Notes: generated by a model from the sequence alone, not told the origin. A stretch of DNA of 64,000 bases from Dudresnaya verticillata (GCA_977862235.1 OZ374557.1:1612001-1676000), one strand, 5' to 3'. Counted from the first letter of the stretch, positions 9,730 to 21,298 are shown. Numbers and translations are program-made.

Positions 9730-12597
9730 CGCCACGTCCTCGTGCGCCTCGGCACGTCTTCTACAAATCCACTCAGGTGTATCCAACAACGGAGCAAACC
9801 TCATCGGTGCACTCCACTTCGGGCAAGTCGACCAACGTGCAAGTCCAACCCGGTGTGCCGCTAGCGATGGCGGGCGGTAACACTGACCGCGCACGGGGCC
9901 CCTTTCAACCGACACGGCGTACACCATCGGTGGGGGCGGCTCCTGCGCCGGAGGCAGAAGACGGAGAAGGAGGCGGACCTGCGGACACAATATCAGGCGT
10001 TGTGGCGGCAGCGAGCACAACGCCGATGCTGCCAGCACGCACGGGTAGCCCGCGTGTTCCGCGCCGGCGCGATGATGGCGAGGCTCGCCAGACGCCCACT
10101 CCGCTTCCGGATCGACAGGTAGGGCCGGGGGCACAACGACTCGGTCCTTCAAAGGGCAACACCGAGATGGAGCTTGGTGGTTATCGTCGCACAACTCCGC
10201 ATGGGCGATATGAGGCGTACGCGCAGGGTCTCCAGGCTGGGCATGGGAGAACTGGAGTAACCTCACCCCCACTCCACATGGGTGTCGGCGGCGGACCGTC
10301 GGGTTCACTGCCATACGCGCCGGGGACACCGGGGAGTTACCACGGGCGTGTGGACTCGACGGGGTACACCGATGAGGGAACTTGGCCGGGCCGGGAGTAT
10401 GACCACCGCACCGGGCGACGTCAGCGTACCGAAGAGGAGCGAGATATGGTGCGTCTCCCCATGCCCGTATAGGTGTTCGTTTCCAACTATGGTGAAACCC
10501 TCGAGGGGCGTCGCTACAGTGCTGTTACAGACGCCGGTGGGTTAATCAACAACAAGTGGTTCCCGAATCGGCGTGCGGAGATGTGGAGAGCCAGGTGGAT
10601 TCACTCAAACTGTAGAGTGCGAACTCCACTTGGGTGTGACATCGTGTGGTTGAGATGTCAGGAAGAAGAGGGCTATCCCGATAAGGTGTGTCGATTGTTG
10701 GCCATGGCCCATCGACTGCGAGATCATCCGGTTGGTGTCGATTTCCTTTGCTACGAAAAACCATACGAACAAGGTGTTCATTGGTTTGGGAATCCGCAAC
10801 GGTGGGCTGACGACGCAGCGAAAGAGCATCGGCTCCGACTGCGGAGTAGAGATGGACGCCGTCTCGGAAGGGCGATACTCCACACTTGGAACACGAACGA
10901 ATTCTTCCAGGTGCCGCCGGGGGCTCATCGTCGATTATACTGCACCGCTCCGGATTGGTGGGCTGAGTACGAAGTCACACGTTGGCTGTCGGTGCCAACT
11001 CCAACGGTGGTAGCGTACTTCTCCTATCGGTTTATCCAGCAGCGCGACTGGAAAGCTGCACACCCAGGCGGAGAGAAGTCGGTTGACCATCTACTGATGA
11101 CCGTGTTGGGGCGAATACTCCGAACGGAATGGGCAATGTTCGTCCTTTTCGCTTGGTTACAAGTCACCTACCGGGGCGTGAGAGCCAATACCAAGATGAC
11201 CGACTGGAGGGCATACCCGCGTAACAGAACGGATCCAGAAGGTGGCGAGTGCGGGCGCATCTTCAAGCTACCAAGTGCAGTGGTTGCCCTCATACACCAA
11301 GTTGGAGTGGCCCGGTTGGTTGAGGGGACCGAATACCCCTTGGCGCGTGTTGAGCGTCTCTTCGCGGATCACGCGAACACCAACTGGGAGCGAACCCCAG
11401 GATTCGTCGGTTACCATTGGGATGAAGACCGCGTGTTATCGGTGCCGCCACTTAACTCCGGATGCGGTATGGCTTATTTCTTATCGGACGAAGACCCCGA
11501 GCCGGTGTGGTTGATCGACGAGCAAATGTCGAGCTGGCACGCGATGCGCTCCCGCTCGCGCTTCTACCCCATGACGGAGGGGCCATCAAGGGCTCCGCCG
11601 TCACGCGAGTGGGGTACTCCATCCGGTGTGCAGCATCAACAGAGACGCCTCGACAGTCCACCTGCTGACGAGATTACAACAGTGGGGGTTGACGAGATTG
11701 AGGGGGTGCGCGGGGATCCCAGGGTCCTCGTGCCAAGAGAATCCCCTGGTGGAGAAGCCATAAAGGTGTGGGGCGACCGCACGACTTCGTCGCCCAAGAA
11801 GACCGTAACGGAGTCTCCTCCTGTAGGAGCGGAGATCGAGACGCAGGGGGGTTTGTCGGGGGTGGCCGCAGGATCCACACCAATCGGGGTTTCGAAACCG
11901 GTGGACTCGCCGGGGGTTAACAAGAACAACCAAGTTGGACAAGGCGGCGAATACCGTAGCGGTAGTTGGTCAGAAGCCCACGGTAGTAGCTGCAGCCGCG
12001 GCGAAGTTGGGCCCCATCGGGGACCACGAAGACTCCGAAATGGAAGAGGGCGCTACACCGGCTGGAATCGACCAAGTGGAGGCACTCGCGATCACACGGC
12101 CTGGAGTAGCAGTGAAGACCCCTGTACCGAAGCGGGGTGAAACTGCCAAACCGGTGTCGCCTGCGTCGAGTGATTCCGTGACGTTTGTGGCCGCTGCGGG
12201 TCCAGGTGGAGGGCCACCTCGTAATATCGACCCCGTGGTGGTGAAACAAGAAGAAGATGCCCCGAAGGAGATGACGAGTTGGACCGAAGCGGAGTTGCGC
12301 GTAGATGGGGCTGCCCCGCAGCGACTCCGCGAAGGGTGTAGAGATGCGGGCATGCCCCTTCCAGCGTCGGCGAACGAGGCCATTAACACCGCCGTGCTGG
12401 TCGGGCGTCTGGTGCGCCTAAGGCGTACCATTCGCGCTTTGCGTCGACGCATGGCAGACACCGGCAGGAGACTCACCATGATTACCGCAAGGGTGTATGG
12501 TGAAGATATTCCCGACTTGGAGGAGAGTGCGGCAAAAGAGGGAGATACGGAGGCTGACCTGGCGCCGCCAGCGAAGCGTCCACGAAATGCGGTGTAA
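9726..12597 (+). pseudogene. Antisense accessory gene of element B (~950 codons; in-frame stop at 10470-10472, frameshift near 11935)
   Basis: ORFs 9726-10472 and 10473-12140 are in the same frame, separated by one TAG; 11935-12597 overlaps. AATAAA at 12618-12623 follows the last stop. The central domain is similar to ORF 2411-3670. Confidence 0.75.
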
Positions 12598-12790
12598 GCG
12601 TAGAAATGCCACTTGTCAATAAAATCTTGTAACTTTTGTGAGCCCCCCTTCCACTGGCGGAGGGGAAGTGGGATAACACCACTTGTGGGGGTGAGTCCCG
12701 AAGTGGCGGGGATACCCTCCACTATACAAGGTTTTGCGTCAGGTTGACGACCACCTCATACCAGAAGTGGTTTCTCGCTTGCCGGTGATT

Positions 12791-12950
12791 CACCAATATG
12801 GAGTAGAGCCCCTTGGGCAAGGGTTCTGTGGTTCCAGAGTCCAGAGGTCATGCCCATTTTGTACCAACGCCAAGTCACCAATACGGAGTAGGGCCCCTTG
12901 GGCAAGGGTTCTGTGAACACGGAGTCCACAGGTCATGCCCGATTTTGCAA
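12791..12950. repeat. Two-copy tandem repeat, period 85 bp, at the pol 3' end of element B
   Basis: CACCAATAYGGAGTAG..GCCCCTTGGGCAAGGGTTCTGTG...AGGTCATGCCC at 12791 and 12876. Confidence 0.9.
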
Positions 12951-15900
12951 AAACTCCTACTGCGTGGGTGAGTAGCGATTGGTTCTCGACGCGTGGGAGC
13001 TCTGCGACGTCGAGCTGCAGCGGCTGCCGTGCGCTTTCTATTCCAATAGCGGTGTATGAAGTTTTGCGGCAACTCCTCAGCGGGTTCATACGTGTCTTGG
13101 TCGGGTGGGTAGCCGTACCAACGCACCTTGTAGGTCATGCCCGTGGGTTCTTCGCGGTGTCCCACGATCTGCTCGATGTCAATTGTCTCCGGCACGGGGG
13201 CAGAAATACCGCCTGGCGTTTGGGGCGTTACAGTAATACCACCTGGTGTTTGGGGTACTACTGTGGTGCCTCCCGCCTGTTGGGGTACTGTACCGTCCAT
13301 GTCGGTGTGTGGCGTAACCGGCGGAGCCAATAGCGGCGCCGGTTGCATGGGAACTCCAATTGGTACCTTAGTGATGCGATCGATGCTGATGGGAATCAGG
13401 ACGCCATCTTTCCTCATAGTGACTACAGTATCCGTTGCGGTGTGCACCTCGTAGGGGCCCGTCGATCTTGGGAGGAGCTTCTTCATTTGCTCCGCAAATT
13501 CACCGATATGGTCAGGGCCTTGATCCAATCGGTCGCGTTCCTTCCGTTCGGTGAGTCTTAGGTTACGCGGCGGGCGATCTACGTAGACTTGATCGCCACC
13601 GCGAACCACCGGTCGGAAACGCACCTTATGGTCGAATAAGGCCTTGGACTTCAACTGGGCTGTAGTCTGTTTGTTCTGCGCCTTCTGTAGGGCATAACGC
13701 AAACGCCGCATGGTTCCCCGTTTTTGGAGTACGGGCGTCATACGCCCCTCCGTAACGGTTTCTTCCAACTCCACAGGGGTGCCACGCACAACAATATCCG
13801 ATGGTGTCGAGTTAACACCAAGTCAAAGGGAGTAGTATCCGTAATCCGGTGTACCTGCATATTGTAGGAGTAGGTTAACGGCTGTAGGTATAAATCCCAA
13901 TCGGTGTGGTGATCCTCGACATAGTGTCGAAGGCGCTGCGCGATGGTTTTGTTAAACCGCTCGGCTTGCCCGTTGGTCTGCGGGTGGTAGGCAGCGGTCA
14001 GCAAATGCCGCACTCCGAGTAGGGCACAGACAGCGTCGAAGAACTTCGCCGTGAACTGTCTTCCATTGTCGGTGAGTACAAATTTAGGTGCGCCATAGGC
14101 ATACACCCAATGGTCTAAAAATACGTTCGCCACCACGACGGCTGTAATCGTCCGTAACGGAATGCACCGTGTTAGCTTAGAAAACCGATCGGTGATGACC
14201 AGTACAAAGACATATCCCCGTTTGGTTTTCGGCAGCGGGCCCAATATGTCCGTAGCGACAAACTCCAGTGGGCCACTCGCGAGAAATAGCTTCATGAACT
14301 TCTGGTGTTTAAACCGCGTGCCCTTGGTTTTGACACATGAGCGGCAACTCCGAACGGTCTCGAATACATCGTTAGCCATATGTGGCCAATAGTAGTCTCT
14401 CCGTAAGGTGTAGTACATCTTAATTCCACCAGGGTGTCCCAACATCAAGGTGTAGTGGGCAAGATACAGGACCCTTCCGCGCATCTGTTGCGGTACCACC
14501 TTTTGGAGTGCACCGTCGAGGGCAGATTTACGCACAAGAAACCCATGTCGGTCGTAGTCAAATTGTGATCCAGGGGATCCCACCGATTCCGCTTTGAGCT
14601 TGCAGAAAGTATCTGTTGCTTGTGCGGCTATGAACTCCTCACGGGTAAGGGTCTCATTGCGCATATCCTCTTGTTGGATAACTGTTTGCCGGAGTGGAGT
14701 GGGTGGTACTGTATCCTTTTCAGGCGTAGTATCCGTTTCGGTGTCTCCACTTTCAACGCCTAGAACAAGGCTGCTTGCGGCATCAGACTGCTGGGTCTGT
14801 TTCCAATTGGTTAGTCGCACACCATGTCGCACTACACCATTAGGAGTCGATTCCATAACGAAGCAAGGTACTTCTTCATCTAATTCAGCTTTGTCAGCAC
14901 CACCTGTTCGGAGTCTTGACATACCGTCTGCGAGTTGGTGCTTGATACCAGGGCGGTATTGTACTTCGAACTCAAATTCCGATAGGCGTAGGCGCCATCT
15001 TGCTAAACGTCCAGACGCATCGGCTAGACTCAATATCCAGCGTAATGCGTCGTGATCCGTACGGAGTATAAAATTTTCACCATAAAGGTAGGGGCGTAGC
15101 GTTAGCATACTCCAAACTACAGCAAGGCACTCCTTTTCGGTGGTTGTGTAATTCTTCTCCGCATCGGTTAGACTTCGGCTCCAGTAACCCACTGGTAGAT
15201 TATCTCCACTAGGTTGCTCCTGGAGGAGGACACACCCAACTTGGTAATCACAAGCGTCGGTGTCCAATGTATACTTGAAACCATGGCGGGGTAAAGCCAA
15301 TATTGGAGGAGAGATTAGGTGTCTCTTTAACTCCTCAAAGGCGTTAAACTCCGTTTCGGTGAGAGTTCCAAACTCGAATACCAGACCCTTGCCGGTTTTC
15401 TTGTTGAGTGGCGAAGCAATGGGTGCGAAATTGGGAACGAAGCGTCGATAGACATTACATAATCCTAGAAAAGAGCGCAACTACGTTTGGTTTGTAGGTG
15501 GCGTAGCCTCCTTAACGGCGAGAATATTCTTCCGTTCCACTTCTAGTTGGCCCGGGCGCACTATGTGGCCCAGATACTGTACGGAAGTGTCGAAGAAGGC
15601 ACACTTTGATAACTTCAGAGTTACACCTGCGGAACGGAGTAGCGTGAGGACCTCCTTAAGGTGTTCGAAGTGCTCCGTGACGGTGTTAGAATATACAATC
15701 ACATCATCCAGGTAGACTAAGGCAAATTGCCATTTCACCGTAGATAGGATGATGTCAACCGCCCGTTGGAAAGTAGCGGGTGCGTTCTTGAGCCCAAAAG
15801 GCATTCTCCGGAAGCGGTATAATCCATAATGACTGGTGAAGGTAGTTTTGTCACGCTCCTCCTCGGGGATCTCTACTTGCCAGTAGCCACTATTACAATC

Positions 15901-17362
15901 CAGAGTGGTGAATACTGTAGCTTCTCCAAGGGAGTCGATACATTCATCCATCCGGGGTAAAGGGTATGAATCCCGAACGGTGACACCGTTAAGTCGCCTG
16001 TAATCGACACAAAACCGCATGGAGCCGTCCTTTTTAGGAACGAAGACCACAGGGCTGGCCCACTCCGAAGCGGAAGGCTCTATCACGTTAGCGGACAACA
16101 TACGATCCACTTCTGCCTTCTCCAGCTCGCGCTGTTTATGTCCTGCCCGATATGGTGCTTGATACACCGGTTTGGCACCAGGCATTAATTCAATACGGTG
16201 TTTCGCGGCAGTTATATTTCCTAACTCGCCGTTCCACATAGTGCTGAACTCCTCTAGGAGTGTAACCACCTTAGCGCGGAGTTTTTTATCCTTGGCACCA
16301 ATATGGATGTTATCTTTCCAATCGGTGTCAGGGGTTGTAGTTGATTCCGATACGGTGTTTCCTTTGAATCCATCTTGGGGTGTAGCCTTGCTGCTTTCAT
16401 TAGGAGAAGTAGGAAAGGAATTAATATGTCCTCCCCCCTCCTTAAATGGAGGTGCACCGTTAACGGTGAGTATGGCAGAGGGAGCAGCAGTAGCGAGGCC
16501 CAGGACGGTAGACTTGGGTAACCGCACCGGTTTGGGGGGAAAATTAGTCAGCCACACCTTAAAGGGTTTGTTAGGGATTATATCCATAACTCCGTTAGCC
16601 ATAAGGGTGAGGTGCTTATGGATGGGTTTGGGATGGTTTTGAAGAAAACACAAACCACCGGTAGGAGTGGTGACCAATGCAAGCGATTGGGTCATAGGGG
16701 GGATAATAAGGGATTTTGCTAGTCGGAGCTTTTGCGATACCGAAGCGGATGACATAGGGGGCCCTGAAGAGTAGAAGCAGCCACCGTTTTGGAGTGTCTG
16801 GTTTGTCCCATGAGCGAAACCGGGATTGTTGATGAAAAACAACTTTCCGTGCCGGTGGGAGGATCGCCTTGACATGGCGATCAATAAAACTGGTTCCCAG
16901 AATACACGGAGCAGCGAGGTTCGCGACCACCAGGAAGTGGACTCGAGTACGCAATTCTCCGATACGGACAAAAAGCTGAATGACACCAAGCGGGCGTATC
17001 GACCTATTGGACGCATCCCGTAAAGGTGGACTGGCAGCGGGGCGAATCAAAGACAACCAGTGGCGTGGAAGCCGTCTGGCGTTAATGAGATTTGGCCCAG
17101 CACCAGAATCCAATACGGTGATGAGAGGTAACATGAGGTCATTACTCCTTCCCACGGTAATCTGGATTTTATAATTCTGCCGTTGTAGAACACAGACAGA
17201 ATCACCGGGTGGTGGAAATTCAAGGGGGATTTCTGGAACAAAATCAAGGGGGTACGCCGTAATGGTGGCGGACTGACAGGCCGGCAAAGCCCGTATTGGT
17301 GGGCGTACCACGTCGCATTGAGGAGACGGGGACGCCCTTTCACGTCTCCTGCGACGTTTTCC
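12875..17362 (-). pseudogene. pol: pol of element B: protease, RT, RNase H, integrase, chromodomain; interrupted
   Basis: LDSGAG (protease); RFCVDYRRLN, MPFGLKNAP, YLDD (RT); DTDAC...TDH (RNase H); H-H-C-C, DILGP, TDNG, HPQTNGQAERFN (IN); YKVRWYGYPPDQDTYEP (chromo). Frameshifts near 16760-16820 and 13800; stop at 15481-15483. Confidence 0.95.
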
Positions 17363-19944
17363 GAGTCGGGGTGCGCCATGAGTGCCTCCTCTACCATATC
17401 AGCTGGGGGCTCGCCATCCACACCACCATCGACAGTCAGCACCCGCGCTGGGCGTTGCTGGTAGTTACTCGGCGGACGATTTCCCGTATTGGAGTTGGCG
17501 AAGGCCTGCCGCTTGAGGGGGAGCGCCTGATAATTGCGCTCACGCTCTTCCATCAGGGGACCCCTTTCGGTGTCGCTCAGATACGGACAAATTACGTGGC
17601 CCGGGGAGAGGCACAAGCGACAGTAGCCGCTTCCATAGAGGCGTCTGATATCCGGTGAGGTGTGATCCGTATGCTCTGCGGCAGGGGATTGTTTTCCAAT
17701 ACGGTGTTCGCCCTGCCCTTGACGGGGAGGCGTGTTGCCGTGGGGGTGTCCGATATGGCTGGGATGCTGCCCGGTGGTTCCTTGACGGTGTTCGGTTCCT
17801 TGACGGTGTGTGGTGGGACCGTAGCGGCTATCAGCCGGTCCGTAGCGGGATTGCCGGGGTGGTTGCATCCGTGGCGCTGGTGGGCGTAGGTTGGGAGTCC
17901 GAGGCGGAGTTGGGTAGACACTACTCGGTGGGGAAGAGTACGCTGTAGTAAACGTAACCCCCGACGAGGTGCCAGCGCTGCGACCTGCGCCACCTTCCAG
18001 GGCGAGCACGTGCTCCTCCGATTCAGCGGGATACTCCGAGTAGGTGTACTCCGATGGGGAACCAATCGACAGAACGCCCGAACGTCGTGACTGACTCTTA
18101 GGTTTTCCGTCGAAGACGTGCACCGCTGAGGTTTGGCGTCTGGTTGCCCGATGGGATTCTCCAAGCCCTTTAGCGTAGCGGGTGATGGCTTCGTAATCCA
18201 TATGGGGGTGTGTCGCCAGATAATTGCGCATCTGCTGACACGTTCCCGGTAGGAGTCCTTCCACAAACAGCGACTTGAGGGACCTGTCGGAGAATACTGT
18301 ACCACATCGGAGTGCCTTAGTCCAAAGTTGGTTGGAGAATTGCTCTTCCGTTAAGGCCGACGTTTGTCGAAACGACGTTACGCCCGAATACCCTTCGGCA
18401 ATCACCTCATCGGTAGCATAAGTCCTTAGCAAAAAGTTCACCACTTCGGTATAGGTGCGAAGCATCTCAGCTTGCTCCTCGTCGACCGCCATGGTGCCAC
18501 CAGCGAGACGGGCTTGAAGCAAAGCTTCAGCCTGTCCACTAAAGAAAAACTGGAAACACCACAGTGCGGTTCCTTCCGAAATGGAGTTGATGTTACACGA
18601 ATCCTTGAACTTCGCGAGAAATCCAAGGACCGTGATGGGGTCTGTACCGTTAAAGGAGTGGGACTTCATTTGCACCTCCAGCTTTTTGCGGATACGTCCC
18701 ATATTCTGGGACAAGCTAGAGCTGTAGTATGAACTCTTTTTCTCCTGTCGGTATGTTCGGAAATCTAGCGCCTTCACGAACCTGTCGCTCAGGGGCCGGA
18801 TCACCTTTGGGAGTGGCCTATCGACCTCTCGGTGTTTGGCGTCGTGTTTTCTGGCCCGACGCCGCTCATACCTATCCGTATCGGAGTAGCTCGTATCAGA
18901 GCCAGAGGAATGGGAGGAGTCATGCCCTTTTTGGCACCTATGGCGCGACTTGCGCTTATTCGTCTTCCTATTGCGGTGTTGGCTATCATCAGATTCCGTA
19001 CCGGAGTGTTCTTTGTCCCGTCGCGAAGCGCGTTTGCTCCGTTGCGAACGGTCACGTTCCTTATCGGAGTGGGAGTCCTTGGCCTTTCTTTCAGCACTGT
19101 CTCTACCACTCCGGTCTTGGTTTTTCTTGGAGTCACCATCGGAGTGCTCACTGCCTCTACGCGAAGCCACCGGCACGGTGATACGTTCCCCCGCAGGCAC
19201 TTCTGCGGGTCCAGGGACCGTACTCCGATTCGGTTGGGGTTGGTGTGTTGGATCCAATTCGGTGTATTGAGTTTGGGTAGGTAACCCAGGGGCTGCCGCT
19301 GTCCTTACCGGATCGGGCGGAAACACCTGAGTGGGGATTTCTGGCATATACGTCGTTTCTCCCTTGACCGGGAAGTTATTCCGTATCGGTGTAGGTCCAG
19401 AAAAGGGCTGCTCCTTGGGTTCCGGTAGGGGTTGTCCGGGGATGAGCATCTGCTCGATCTCCGAAGCCTGACGCTCCTGACGGATGAGCGTCTGTACCAA
19501 CTCCGGAAGGTGTTTCTCCAGGTAGGAGCTGACAATGACCGGAATGGTGTCGGCGAGCGTGGTCTCAACCTCCTTGACCATGTTGGGTTGCACCTCTATA
19601 CGGAGACGCTCCAACACCCGTGGGATGACCTGCGAAAGTATCCAATGGACACGAATGGAGTCACCTGGCTTGGATACACCCTTGCGGGAAGTGTCTGAAC
19701 CAGGTCGGGATCTAGAGAGCTTACTGGCTACACCTTTAAGGAGTTCTTCGGGGTTCTCCATACCGGGGTTCAGGTCGGCAGCATCGCCACGGCGTGTTCT
19801 CGTGGCTGAGGCTACCTCCGGTTCGGTGGGCTCACTGCGGCGTGTTCTCGCAGTAGAGGGCACCTCCGGGACGGTGTTGTCGTCACCCCGGCGTGATCTC
19901 GCGGTTGACGGCACCTCACCTTGATCCGATACGGAAGGGTCCAT
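17047..19944 (-). CDS. gag: Gag-like polyprotein of element B
   Basis: 965-aa ORF just downstream of the PBS; retrotransposon-gag-like core (FNGTDPITVLGFL...FRQT...LFVEGL) similar to 44818-46134; CRLCLSPGHVIC knuckle; three N-terminal EVxSxxRxRR repeats. Confidence 0.9.
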   Translation of the reverse strand: MDPSVSDQGEVPSTARSRRGDDNTVPEVPSTARTRRSEPTEPEVASATRTRRGDAADLNPGMENPEELLKGVASKLSRSRPGSDTSRKGVSKPGDSIRVHWILSQVIPRVLERLRIEVQPNMVKEVETTLADTIPVIVSSYLEKHLPELVQTLIRQERQASEIEQMLIPGQPLPEPKEQPFSGPTPIRNNFPVKGETTYMPEIPTQVFPPDPVRTAAAPGLPTQTQYTELDPTHQPQPNRSTVPGPAEVPAGERITVPVASRRGSEHSDGDSKKNQDRSGRDSAERKAKDSHSDKERDRSQRSKRASRRDKEHSGTESDDSQHRNRKTNKRKSRHRCQKGHDSSHSSGSDTSYSDTDRYERRRARKHDAKHREVDRPLPKVIRPLSDRFVKALDFRTYRQEKKSSYYSSSLSQNMGRIRKKLEVQMKSHSFNGTDPITVLGFLAKFKDSCNINSISEGTALWCFQFFFSGQAEALLQARLAGGTMAVDEEQAEMLRTYTEVVNFLLRTYATDEVIAEGYSGVTSFRQTSALTEEQFSNQLWTKALRCGTVFSDRSLKSLFVEGLLPGTCQQMRNYLATHPHMDYEAITRYAKGLGESHRATRRQTSAVHVFDGKPKSQSRRSGVLSIGSPSEYTYSEYPAESEEHVLALEGGAGRSAGTSSGVTFTTAYSSPPSSVYPTPPRTPNLRPPAPRMQPPRQSRYGPADSRYGPTTHRQGTEHRQGTTGQHPSHIGHPHGNTPPRQGQGEHRIGKQSPAAEHTDHTSPDIRRLYGSGYCRLCLSPGHVICPYLSDTERGPLMEERERNYQALPLKRQAFANSNTGNRPPSNYQQRPARVLTVDGGVDGEPPADMVEEALMAHPDSENVAGDVKGRPRLLNATWYAHQYGLCRPVSPPPLRRTPLILFQKSPLNFHHPVILSVFYNGRIIKSRLPWEGVMTSCYLSSPYWILVLGQISLTPDGFHATGCL

Positions 19945-20084
19945 GTTTTCTTCTATTCTTAGGTTACCAAAATGGAGTCAACGAGTGTTTTGCCTTGTCC
20001 TGCCTTTAAACCAATACGGAGTTGTCACAAAGCTGATCTCCTACCGAAGCGGAGTCCAACAGAGATTCTTCTACCTTGACGGTT

Positions 20085-20102
20085 TTCTAGGTCGGGAGAC
20101 CA
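20085..20102 (-). promoter_or_regulatory. Primer binding site of element B (18 nt, tRNA-Tyr-like)
   Basis: TGGTCTCCCGACCTAGAA, 6 nt inside the 5' LTR; 17/18 identical to 44266-44283. Confidence 0.85.
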
Positions 20103-20108
20103 AAAAGA

Positions 20109-20783
20109 TGTGGTGAAGTGAAAGGAACACCTGTAAGGAGAGCTGATCAGGCAATCCCGATAAGGAGCGATCTCACACGGCACCGGGGTGGTAGAGCTTA
20201 GTTCGTAAACCGAAGGGAGTACCTCGAGCGGCAACACCTGTAAGGAGTAAAGGGACGCAACAGACAAGGGGGACGGTACAGTGCCAGGACGGCTACACCG
20301 GGACGGAAGTAAGAGGAATCCGTGCACGGGGCTGGCGAGGGGAAACCATAAAGGAGTATGAGGGTAAGGCTTAGGGTAAGTCACTTTGCCCAGGGTTGCG
20401 TACCCGTTTACTATAGGACTCGCGGTGGCCACCCATTAATATACTGGGAGATACGCCCCGCGGTCCGGTCCGTGTGGGCCAGACCCCAATGGGTCTGGTC
20501 CACCAGGTGGGTCCGGCCCTACTGGTCCCGGTCACCGTTGCGGACATGCTCGGCATTCTCATTGACCGGCTGACACTACGTACTGTACAGCATCATTACA
20601 ATTACCTAATTACAAATAAATCAACTACTTGGCTCCTATTGGTGGTGCGCGCAGACTCCAGCAGGGCATAGAGTGCTACTGTGTCACTGCACTCCGCTTC
20701 GGCTTTTGGCGCCAGCTCACCGGTGCGCCGGCCGCGGGTCGGCTCAACCGTCGTCCGCACTCCGAAACGGCCGCTTCACCACA
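20109..20783 (-). repeat. 5' LTR of element B
   Basis: Direct repeat of 9036-9710. Confidence 0.97.
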
Positions 20784-21298
20784 TTTCCGCATGGCTTCGG
20801 CTTTTACCCACTAGGCCACGCGGTCACGTCAGCAGAAGTAGAATTTCTAATATTTATATCACATGCCCGGGCGGGATGCCCAAATTTGCTCAACTTTCCA
20901 ATGAGCCATGCCCTTGTCTATATGCCCGGGTACTTTTTTTCTTATTTTTCTTTGCCCGTGCCCGTCTTCGAAATGTGACGAAAAGTTTTGGCAATGCCCT
21001 TGCCCGCCGTGCTCGTGGCTTCCCAATGTTTTAATAATAATGTGACCCCTTGCCTGTGCGGGATCGCCATGGATTATATGCCCGTTGCCCTGCCCGTTCT
21101 TATCCTGGGTGTTCTTCACCTGACCCATGTCCGCCTATGTTTTAAAAATATTTTTCCTACATGCCCTATGACCGTGCTGAGCCAACAATAAATCCCTGGC
21201 CTGTTGTACCCATGTCCGCATGCCCGGCCTCCGAGACTTCCACACCGATGGCCAATGACCACCGGGCATATGCTTTTCGACATGCCCGCACAACCCTG

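Larger units (their letters stand above)
9036..20783 (-). mobile_element. Full-length Ty3/gypsy chromovirus B (11.7 kb) nested in the hAT
   Basis: Two 675-bp LTRs with 10-bp terminal IR TGTGGTGAAG...CTTCACCACA; flanks TTCCC/TTTCC (5-bp TSD, one mismatch); PBS, gag, PR-RT-RH-IN-chromo order, PPT. Confidence 0.97.
5632..21298 (+). mobile_element. hAT DNA transposon (~3.9 kb without the nested retrotransposon)
   Basis: 17-bp perfect TIRs CAGGGTTGTGCGGGCAT / ATGCCCGCACAACCCTG; perfect 8-bp TSD GTCTGGAC (5624-5631, 21299-21306); TGCCC-rich subterminal regions; hAT transposase inside. Confidence 0.95.

Noticed and set aside
9726..12597. Accessory ORF as an env gene
   Set aside because: Antisense to gag-pol, with no clear signal peptide plus C-terminal TM layout.
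12791..12950. 85-bp-period repeat as a repeat-spacer array
   Set aside because: Only two copies, and they are similar along most of the unit.
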